Assembly (NCBI GenBank): GCA_040218735.1
Contig: JAVJQW010000043.1
Span: forward strand, 192,001 to 256,000
Source: Deltaproteobacteria bacterium
Lineage (GTDB): Bacteria; Myxococcota; Kuafuiibacteriia; Kuafuiibacteriales; Kuafuiibacteriaceae
Direction of reading: 5' to 3'
DNA: 64,000 nucleotides
Shown: positions 37,743-45,600 of the stretch, piece by piece
Position numbering within the stretch: position 1 is the first letter of the stretch
Layout: every line of letters starts with the position of its first letter
Translations under genes and position numbers: made by a program
The notes under the pieces: model-generated
What the model was told of the DNA's origin: nothing
Database searches by the model: none
What the model saw: the letters and a program-made list of their open reading frames with translations, nothing else

Positions 37743-39321
37743 CGCGATCCAGCGAGAAGACGGTGACCGCACCGCCGCGCGCCGCGTCGACGACGACGAT
37801 CTCCACCACGCCGTCGTCGTCGACGTCCACCACCGCGATCCACGGCCGCTCGTAGGTTCGCTTCAGCACCAACCCCGCCGAGACGGTGCGGCCCCCCGCC
37901 GCGACGACGACGAAGAGCGCGTGTGCGTCGGTTGATACGCGCGACAACGCGACCACCTCCCACGTCCCGTTGCCATCGACGTCACCGAGCTCCACGGCCT
38001 CCGGCGTCCCGGTGATCGGCAACGGAGGCTCCGTCAGCAACCCGTCGCTGGTCGTGACGCGCGGGCGAACGGCCAGCGCGATCGATCGGCCCTCCGCGAC
38101 GGTGGTGAGCGCGACGTCGGGTGCGTCGCTCCACTGCCCGCCGAAGCCGAGGTCGACGATGCGCGGATCGAAGGGCAGGGGGACGAGCCCGTCATCGTTC
38201 ACCCAGAGCGCTCCGCGGTCCGGCGCGAACACGACGCGGCGGTCGTCGACACACCCGCTCCGCGGGGTAGCGCCGAGGTCGGCGACGTCGTGCGGCGCCC
38301 ACGACCCGTCGAACGCGACGGGGCCGCCGTCGAAGCCGACCGCGAAGAATGCCGGTCCACCTCGACAGGGGCTCAGGTCGAGGATCCAACGAGGTGCGCT
38401 CGAGCTCGCGAGGGGAACGGCGGCGCCGACCGATCCGTCGTCGTTCAACGCGCGCCGCGAATCGCTCGACAACAGGAACGCGGAGGAGCCGGCGCGTCCG
38501 AGTCGCCACTGGCCCGCGACCGTCGAGGTGTCCGCGCCGACGAACGTGACCGACGTTTCGTCCGCCCCGCGGACGGCGAAGGCGACGCCACCTCCGAAGA
38601 CGATCGGGTCGACCTCGCCGACGGGGATCGTGAGCTCCTCTTCCGTCCCAGGCACGAACGCGAGCGCGACGCTCTCCCGCGCGCCCCATCGCGAGCGGAC
38701 GCTCACCTCCAAGGGACCGGGGCGTGGATCCGACAGCTCGACGAAGCGCACGACGCGTCCGTTCACTTCGGTGCGTACGATCTCGGTCCCCACGCGCGCC
38801 GCGGTCATCCCGGCGCCGAACGCTTCCCACCGGACGTCGGCGTCCGGTACGGGGCGGTCGAGTCGGTCCTGCACCTCGACGTACCAGCGCTCGAAGTCTC
38901 GTTCGCGGTCGACCGTCAGGCCGAAGCTGCCGCCCTCGACGGTCACGATCGTCACGGGGGCGAGCGCGATCTCGACGGTCGTCGTCGTCTCGATCTTCCC
39001 GACCGAAGCACACCCCGCGACGACCGCTGTGCCTCCTGCATCGAGCCCGCGCACGACGAACAGCTTGGTGCCGACGCGGCGGATGCTCCCGAGGTCGGGC
39101 GCCGAGTCCTCGAACGATCCGCTCAGCTGCGGGAGCGGCGCGACGAGCCCGAACGCCAGGTCGTCGCAGTCGTACGCCGCGTCGTCCGGTTGGTACACCT
39201 CGAGCTCGAAGTGCGCGACGCGCTCCGAGAGCTCGGGATCGTCGAGGTGGACGTCGAGCTCCAGCGAGGGTGCGCCGCAGGCCGAGAGCAGCGCCGATGC
39301 CATCGCGACTTGAACTCTCAC
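37726..39321 (-). CDS. Hypothetical lipoprotein with an FG-GAP-like C-terminus
   Basis: The GTG at 39321 overlaps the upstream stop. Lipobox LLSAC, plus GDVDGNG and DVDDDG motifs. Confidence 0.7.
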   Translation of the reverse strand: MRVQVAMASALLSACGAPSLELDVHLDDPELSERVAHFELEVYQPDDAAYDCDDLAFGLVAPLPQLSGSFEDSAPDLGSIRRVGTKLFVVRGLDAGGTAVVAGCASVGKIETTTTVEIALAPVTIVTVEGGSFGLTVDRERDFERWYVEVQDRLDRPVPDADVRWEAFGAGMTAARVGTEIVRTEVNGRVVRFVELSDPRPGPLEVSVRSRWGARESVALAFVPGTEEELTIPVGEVDPIVFGGGVAFAVRGADETSVTFVGADTSTVAGQWRLGRAGSSAFLLSSDSRRALNDDGSVGAAVPLASSSAPRWILDLSPCRGGPAFFAVGFDGGPVAFDGSWAPHDVADLGATPRSGCVDDRRVVFAPDRGALWVNDDGLVPLPFDPRIVDLGFGGQWSDAPDVALTTVAEGRSIALAVRPRVTTSDGLLTEPPLPITGTPEAVELGDVDGNGTWEVVALSRVSTDAHALFVVVAAGGRTVSAGLVLKRTYERPWIAVVDVDDDGVVEIVVVDAARGGAVTVFSLDRVSRSS

Positions 39322-40100
39322 GGGCGCCGCACCGCCACGCCCAGGTTGATGGTCTCCGGCTCCGGTCGCGTCGCGACGTAGACCGCCGTCGCCGTCCCAG
39401 CCGCGACCGCCGTTCCGATCGCCGCCCACACCCACCAGTTCGAGTGCCACGGCGTCGGCGCGACGTAGCGCTGCGTGACCTTCATCGGCGCGTCGGCGCT
39501 GCCCAGTCGGAGGTGTTCGTCACCGGCGGCGTCGAATGCGGACAGGTAGAGCTCCCGCGTTCGATCTTCGGTGACCTCGGGACCGAAGGCGGGCAACTCG
39601 AACGTGGTGTAACGACCCACGGCGAGGAGCTCGATCTTGGCCGTCGCGAACGGCCCCGCCGAACCGTCGCGCCACCGTAGCTCAGCGCGTTGAACGGTTC
39701 GATCCGGATCGCGCAGGACCTCGACGATGACCGGGAGCGTTTCGTCGGTGCGCTTCCCGCGCGGCCAGCTGAAGTCCAGCGACGGCGGCGGCCCGGCGAC
39801 CTTTCGTGCTCTCTCGAAGAGGAACGTGACGCGGGGCGCGAGGGTGTAGGCGATCGCGTGCCCCGGCGCGATGCGAAGGAGCCGTACGAACGCGTCGAGG
39901 CTCTGCTCCTCTCGCTCCAGGTATGCGTTCGCGATCCCGAGCGCGGCGTAGTACCGCGCGTGGTCCTCCAGCGCGAAGGGCCCAGTGTCGCGTGCTTCGC
40001 TCAGCTTGGTGAGCGCGGTCTCGGCGTCGAAGGCTGCGAGCGCGGTTTCGGCGTCGTCGAGCGGTGCGCTCGCGGCGAGCACGCACGCGATCCAGAGCAC
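39318..40100 (-). CDS. Exported TPR-like protein with C-terminal hydrophobic segment
   Basis: Signal-like N-terminus, TPR-like helix pair and the PWHSNWWVWAAIGTAVAAG tail typical of myxobacterial proteins. Confidence 0.7.
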   Translation of the reverse strand: MLWIACVLAASAPLDDAETALAAFDAETALTKLSEARDTGPFALEDHARYYAALGIANAYLEREEQSLDAFVRLLRIAPGHAIAYTLAPRVTFLFERARKVAGPPPSLDFSWPRGKRTDETLPVIVEVLRDPDRTVQRAELRWRDGSAGPFATAKIELLAVGRYTTFELPAFGPEVTEDRTRELYLSAFDAAGDEHLRLGSADAPMKVTQRYVAPTPWHSNWWVWAAIGTAVAAGTATAVYVATRPEPETINLGVAVRRP

Positions 40101-40109
40101 GGAGGGAGT

Positions 40110-41606
40110 CTATTCGATCCGCGGTGCGGTGACACGGCGATGTTCGTTCGGCGCGAGCTCGATCGACGCGCGGTGCCGGACGGATCCGTCGGCGGGGTGG
40201 ATCAACTCGATGACGTGGTGGCCCGCCGTCGTCTTCACGCGGTAGCGCGGCGTGTTGCCGATGAGCTCACCGTCGATGCGCACCGTCGCGTACGGCTCCG
40301 CGAAGATCGTGAGCGACGCGGGCTCGACCGGCGCGGGCTCCGTCGGCTTGGGTGCGGGGCGTTCGCGACGTTCCGGGCGCTTCGTGACGCGGCGTGGGAT
40401 CTTCCGCCGCGGTGGCGGGGGCGGTGGTTCCTCCGACTTCGTCGCCGTCGCCACCGGCGTGGACGGCGGGGGCGCCGTGGTCTTCGTCACGGGATCTTCT
40501 GCGGTCGGCCGCGAAGCGAAGAACACCCCGGCGGCGAGCACGGCCGCGGCGAGGAGGAGAAACAGCTTCGTCCCTTTTGTCCCAGACGTGGGCTCGGGTG
40601 TCTCGGGGCTCGGGAGGTCCGGCACCGTCGACACGTCCGGCGCGCGTCCCGTCGGCGCGGCGGCGGAGCTCAGCCCGCGAACGAAGGCCTCGTGATCGCG
40701 CCGCTCCTCGTCGAGTGTTTGCGCTACGAGCTCGACGAGCGGGAGGCCGTCGAGGGTCGGGGCGAGCGCCTCGAGCGCTTGCGCCATCTCGAGCGCCGAG
40801 CCGCAGCGCTCCTCGCGATCGCGCGCGAGTGCGTTCATCACGATCGTGTCGAGCGCCGCTGGGACGTTCGCGCCCGCGGCGCTGGGCGGCTCGATGGGCT
40901 GCGAGCACACCGCCATCCCCATCGCGTACGGCGAGTCGCCTTCGAAGAGCCGCGCGCCCGTCAGCAGCTCGTGAAGGACGACCCCCGCTGCGAACACGTC
41001 GACGCGGTGATCGATCTGCAGGCCCTTCCACTGCTCGGGCGCCATGTAACCCGGCTTGCCCTTCACCGTCCCGAACGCGGTCACCGGCTGTTCACGCTCG
41101 AGCGCAAACGCGATGCCGAAGTCGATCAGCTTCACGGAGCCCGCGTACGTGATCATCACGTTGTCGGGGCTGACGTCGCGGTGCACGACGCCGAGCGGTC
41201 GACCGTGTGTGTCTTCGAGGTCGTGCGCGTGCGCCAATCCACGGCACGTCTGGGCCACGGCGTCGACGGCTGCGCGTGGCGTGAGCGGCGCCGCGCGGCG
41301 CGCAAGTAGGTCGAGGGTCACGCCCGCGACGAGCTCCAACACGAGGTAGACCTGCGTGCCTTCCTCGAACACGTCGAGCACCTGCGCGATGTTCGGATGG
41401 TCGAGGCGCGCGAGCAGCCGCGCTTCGTCGCGGAGCGCGAGCCGGTACGCGGGGTCCGCCTGGTACGTCCCGAGCAGTGTCTTGATCGCGACGAGCTTCT
41501 CGAACCCGAACGCGCCGCGGCGGCGCCCGACCGCCACGCGACCCATCCCTCCCGCGTGCAGCTCGGCGAGCACCTCGTACACGCCGAGGATGTCGCCCGG
41601 TCTCAT
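40110..41606 (-). CDS. Membrane Ser/Thr protein kinase with C-terminal PEGA-like domain
   Basis: GGMG, GAFGFEKLVAIK, HRDVSPDN, DFG, GKPGYMAPE, a TM segment and PYATVRIDG..IGNTP. ATGA overlap with the upstream gene. Confidence 0.92.
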   Translation of the reverse strand: MRPGDILGVYEVLAELHAGGMGRVAVGRRRGAFGFEKLVAIKTLLGTYQADPAYRLALRDEARLLARLDHPNIAQVLDVFEEGTQVYLVLELVAGVTLDLLARRAAPLTPRAAVDAVAQTCRGLAHAHDLEDTHGRPLGVVHRDVSPDNVMITYAGSVKLIDFGIAFALEREQPVTAFGTVKGKPGYMAPEQWKGLQIDHRVDVFAAGVVLHELLTGARLFEGDSPYAMGMAVCSQPIEPPSAAGANVPAALDTIVMNALARDREERCGSALEMAQALEALAPTLDGLPLVELVAQTLDEERRDHEAFVRGLSSAAAPTGRAPDVSTVPDLPSPETPEPTSGTKGTKLFLLLAAAVLAAGVFFASRPTAEDPVTKTTAPPPSTPVATATKSEEPPPPPPRRKIPRRVTKRPERRERPAPKPTEPAPVEPASLTIFAEPYATVRIDGELIGNTPRYRVKTTAGHHVIELIHPADGSVRHRASIELAPNEHRRVTAPRIE

Positions 41607-42937
41607 TCGCGTTTGATTCCGTGTTTCTGGAGGAGCTCGCGGAACGTCTTTCGGTTGAGGCCGGCGTGCTCCGCGGCGCGCGTGACGTTGTAGTCGCACT
41701 TCGCCCAGACCGAGGCGAGGTACCGGCGCTCGAAGCGCTCCACGAGGCGCTCCTTCGCTTCCTTGAACGACAGCGCGAGATCGGATGCGCCGTCGTCGTT
41801 CGGCTCGAAGGCGCCCCCGAGCCAGAGGTCGAGCGTTCGAAACGCACGACGCTCGGGAGGCGTCAGCACCCACGCACGCTCCAGGACGTTGCGCAGCTCG
41901 CGCACGTTACCGGGCCACGCGTGTTCGCGGAGGCGGGTGAGGTTGTCGCCGTCGATCGGCCCGGGGTCGATGCCACGCCCGCGGTAGAAGTGCTCGATGA
42001 GGACCGGGAGGTCCTCCAGCCGTTCGCGCAGCGGAGGTAGTCGCACGTGCACGACCGCGATGCGGTGGAAGAGATCGAAGCGGAACGTCTGGGCGTCGAC
42101 CATTGCCGACAGGTCGCGGTGGGTGGCGGCGACGATGCGGGCGTCGACGCTCGTGCGGTGGTCCGCGCCGACCGGTTGCACGGTCTGGTCCTCGAGCGCG
42201 CGGAGCAACTTGGCTTGCTGCGCGAGCGGGAGCTCACCCAGCTCGTCGAGGAACAACGTTCCGCCGCTCGCGGTCACCAGCGCCCCGGCGCGATCGTCGA
42301 GCGCACCGGTGAATGCGCCGCGCCGGTGGCCGAAGAGTTGGCTGTCGACGAGGCTGTCCGCGATCGCGCTGCAGTCGACGACGACGAGCTCGTTCGACGC
42401 ACGCGGCGAGTGGTCGTGCAGCGCGCGGGCGACGAGCTCCTTGCCGGTGCCGGTCTCCCCCTCGACCAGCACGGTCGCGTCGGAGTTTGCGGCGAGCTCG
42501 AGGATCGCGAAGATCTCGCGCATCGTCGCGCTCGTCCCGACGAGCTCTCCGAACCTGCTGCGCTGGCTCGGCGTGACGGAGAGGGCGGGGCGATCCTCGA
42601 CCTTGAGGGTGGTCCCGCCGACGACGATCGACGCACCGAGTGGGACGCGGGCCTCCGTGATCCGGGAGCCCTGGTAGTGGGTGCCGTTGGTGCTGTCGAG
42701 GTCGCGGACGCGGACGCCGTCCGCGGTGAGGGCGAGCTCGGCGTGTCGGCGTGAGACACGGCCGTCCGCGAGGACGAGGTCGCAGCTCGCGTCGGCGCCG
42801 ACGGTGACCGGGCGCGCGCCGATGAGCACCTCCCCGGGCGCCCCGACGACGCGGCACACGGCGCGCTTCGGGGCCCGGCCGACGTTCGAGCTGACGAGCC
42901 CCGTGCTGATCCGGGTAACGCGCAGATCGTCGGCCAT
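41603..42937 (-). CDS. FHA-domain sigma-54 enhancer-binding protein (Fis family)
   Basis: FHA (VSRRHA, DLDSTNGT), GETGTGKE, GAFTGA, LFLDE, WPGNVREL and a C-terminal HTH. Confidence 0.94.
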   Translation of the reverse strand: MADDLRVTRISTGLVSSNVGRAPKRAVCRVVGAPGEVLIGARPVTVGADASCDLVLADGRVSRRHAELALTADGVRVRDLDSTNGTHYQGSRITEARVPLGASIVVGGTTLKVEDRPALSVTPSQRSRFGELVGTSATMREIFAILELAANSDATVLVEGETGTGKELVARALHDHSPRASNELVVVDCSAIADSLVDSQLFGHRRGAFTGALDDRAGALVTASGGTLFLDELGELPLAQQAKLLRALEDQTVQPVGADHRTSVDARIVAATHRDLSAMVDAQTFRFDLFHRIAVVHVRLPPLRERLEDLPVLIEHFYRGRGIDPGPIDGDNLTRLREHAWPGNVRELRNVLERAWVLTPPERRAFRTLDLWLGGAFEPNDDGASDLALSFKEAKERLVERFERRYLASVWAKCDYNVTRAAEHAGLNRKTFRELLQKHGIKRE

Positions 42938-42971
42938 GGAACGGTCGGTAGCGTACCGGTACAATCACGAC

Positions 42972-43664
42972 GTGGCCACACGCGTTCCCGGCGGCGGCGT
43001 CGCCAAGAATCCGTTTGGTCCCACTTGGGTCGGCGGCAAAGAGCAGGCGCAGTCCCTCGGCGACCAGGTGCAGGACAGCCTGTTCGGTCGTCCGAAGCCG
43101 CCGGTGCTCGACGAGGACGACGCCGAGATCAGCGCGCTCATGGCGCGGCTGCACGTGTACCGCAAGAAGCTCGCACGGCTCGTCGGCGACGACGAGTCCG
43201 AGTACGACCTGTGCCTCTCGGCGGGGACGATCGCGGCGATCGACTCGGAGGGGATGATCTACGTCGGGCGCGAGTTCCTGCTCGGCGCCGCCGACAGCCT
43301 CGACACACAGGTCGGCGTCATCGCGCACGAGATCGGCCACCGCCCGAAGCGCTGGGCCGAGTACCGCGAGGCCCGGCCGCAGACCGCGGACGAGCTCGCG
43401 GACCTGTGCCGGCTCGAAGAGACACGCGCGGACTACTTCGCGGGCCACGCGCTCGCGCAGCTCGGCCTCGCGTGTGAACCGCTCTGCGCGTTCCTGATCC
43501 GCATGCAGGTGCACCCGCACCCCGAGTACTTCTCGGGCGAGCTCCGCGCGAAGACGATCCGCGAAGCGCACGGCGCCGGGCTCAGGAAGAAGACGAACCT
43601 GAGGAAGTTCTTCCCGGAGCTCGCGCGGATGACCTCGGCGTCGGGGGACCTGGGCGACGGTTAG
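42972..43664 (+). CDS. M48-like zinc metallopeptidase domain protein (soluble)
   Basis: VIAHEIGH plus EETRADYFAG. GTG start with TACAAT 6 nt upstream. No signal peptide. Confidence 0.7.
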   Translation: MATRVPGGGVAKNPFGPTWVGGKEQAQSLGDQVQDSLFGRPKPPVLDEDDAEISALMARLHVYRKKLARLVGDDESEYDLCLSAGTIAAIDSEGMIYVGREFLLGAADSLDTQVGVIAHEIGHRPKRWAEYREARPQTADELADLCRLEETRADYFAGHALAQLGLACEPLCAFLIRMQVHPHPEYFSGELRAKTIREAHGAGLRKKTNLRKFFPELARMTSASGDLGDG

Positions 43665-44041
43665 GTTTCGGGGCGCGTCGACCACCAGGCGAGCGCCATC
43701 AGCGGCACCTGGAAGACGAACCGCACCCAGTTGAGCGCACCGAGTCCCTCTTCGGCGCCGAACACGGCGACGTTCTCCATCGCGATGTGCAGGTTGGCTG
43801 GCCACACCGCGACCAGCAGCGCGACGACGCCCCACCCGGCGTAGGGCCGGATCCGTTTGACGAGGAGCGCGCCGCCGACGGCGATCTCGGCGACGCCGGA
43901 GAGCAGGATCAACGCGCCGTGCGCCGGGAGGTACGGCGGCATCATGGGCTCGTAGACGGCCGGTGACACGAAGTGCATCGCGCCGGCGAACACGTAGAAG
44001 AGCGCCTGGAAGTAGACGAGGATGAGTTTGAGCTTGGCCAT
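43661..44041 (-). CDS. DoxX-like membrane protein
   Basis: AGAMHF..P..Y..MMPPYLP, SGVAEI, WPAN and RFVFQ. Confidence 0.85.
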   Translation of the reverse strand: MAKLKLILVYFQALFYVFAGAMHFVSPAVYEPMMPPYLPAHGALILLSGVAEIAVGGALLVKRIRPYAGWGVVALLVAVWPANLHIAMENVAVFGAEEGLGALNWVRFVFQVPLMALAWWSTRPET

Positions 44042-44049
44042 GGTCAGAG

Positions 44050-45024
44050 TCAGGGTCGTACGACGACCTTGCCGATCACTTCGCGCCGCTCGAGCGCTTC
44101 GAGCGCCTGGTGGGCGTCGGCGAGCGCGTAGGCCTTCGACACCACCGGCCGAATCTTGCCTTCGTTGCGCCAGGCGATCAGCTCCTCGAGGTGCTTCGTG
44201 TTGCGTTCGATCTCCCGCGCCGCGAACGAACCCCAGAACACCCCCACCACCTGGCATCCTTTCAGTAGAACGAGGTTGAACGGGAGCTTCGGGATGTCCC
44301 CCGCCGCGAACCCCACCACGAGGTAGCGCCCCTCCCACGCGATCGCACGCAGCGCGGGCTCGGCGAAGGGGCCGCCGACCGGATCGTAGATGACGTCCGC
44401 GCCGTTGCCGTCGGTGAGCTCCTTCGTGCGCTTCTTCAGGTCCTCGGAGGTGTAGTCGATCGTCGCGTCGGCACCGGCTTCGACGCACGCCGCGCGCTTC
44501 GCTTCGGTCGACGCCGCGGCGATCACCCGCGCACCCATCGCCTTGCCGATCTGAATCGCCGCGATGCCCACGCCGCCCGCCGCGCCGAGCACGAGGAGCG
44601 TCTCGCCGGCCTTCAGCTGCGCGCGATCTTCGAGCGCGTGTTTCGACGTCGCATACGTGAGGAGGAAGGCCGCGGCCTCGTCGTCCTCCATCCCGTTCGG
44701 GATCTTCAGCGTCACGAGCGCCTCCGCGACGACCTGCTCCGCGAAGCCACCCCACGGCACGGTCGCGAACACCCGGTCGCCCACCGCGAACCCCTCGACG
44801 CGCTCCCCGACGGCGCTCACGACGCCGGCGACCTCGTTCCCCGGCGAGAACGGGAACGGCGGCTTGAACTGGTAGAGGCCCTGCACCATCAACAGGTCGG
44901 GGAAGTTAACGCCCGCGGCGTTCACGTCGATGCGGACCTGCGTCGGTCCGGGCTCGGGCGAGGGCGCCTCCTCCACGACGAGCTGTGAAGGGGGACCGAA
45001 CTGTTTGCAGAGCACCGCTTTCAT
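44050..45024 (-). CDS. NADPH:quinone oxidoreductase (zeta-crystallin/MDR family)
   Basis: GVNFPD, PFSPG.E, LGAAGGVG, YDPVGG, VVGFAAG and GKVV. Confidence 0.93.
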   Translation of the reverse strand: MKAVLCKQFGPPSQLVVEEAPSPEPGPTQVRIDVNAAGVNFPDLLMVQGLYQFKPPFPFSPGNEVAGVVSAVGERVEGFAVGDRVFATVPWGGFAEQVVAEALVTLKIPNGMEDDEAAAFLLTYATSKHALEDRAQLKAGETLLVLGAAGGVGIAAIQIGKAMGARVIAAASTEAKRAACVEAGADATIDYTSEDLKKRTKELTDGNGADVIYDPVGGPFAEPALRAIAWEGRYLVVGFAAGDIPKLPFNLVLLKGCQVVGVFWGSFAAREIERNTKHLEELIAWRNEGKIRPVVSKAYALADAHQALEALERREVIGKVVVRP

Positions 45025-45038
45025 GACGCGGGACCTTA

Positions 45039-45551
45039 CTACAGCGCGGCCGCGACGCTACGCAGCGTCTGCTCGGGCGCTTCGTCGATCACGCGGTGGT
45101 GCGAGACGATCACCCGTCGGAGGCGGGGCGTGGCCGCGAGACCCTCCAACGCGCCCCTGAGCGCGGCGCGGTCCTTCATCATGAACCACCGGAACACCCG
45201 CGACACCCGCGGCCCCCCGGTCGACTGCGTCACGTATTTGAACACGAAGCCCGTGAGCCCCGAGCCGTGCGGCACGTTGAACACGGAGTCGTTGAGGACG
45301 ACCGTCGCGCCCTCTTCGTCCACGACGGTCATCACGCCCTCTCCCTCGGCCACGCCGTCGAGGTGGGCGAGCCGGACGACGTCGTCGCTGTCGTACGCGT
45401 CGTAGGTCAGGTCGACCGGGACGACCTTCTCGACGCGTTTCTTCGCGCCGCGCGGGCACACCATGGCGATGTTCGGGTAGCGCGCCTTGAACGCCGCGGC
45501 GTCCATGCGGTGGTAGCCGTTGGGGACGACGAGGAACGCCGGCTCGGCCAT
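45039..45551 (-). pseudogene. N-terminally truncated metallo-beta-lactamase-fold (DUF4336-like) protein
   Basis: Begins abruptly at EPAFLVVPNGYHRMDA. Retains the ND..FN and VSH motifs. There is no room for the usual N-terminal part before the divergent gene at 45601. Confidence 0.5.
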
Positions 45552-45600
45552 CGCCGCGGGACGATACCCGAAGACGAACCTCGCGGTATGCTCCCCGACA

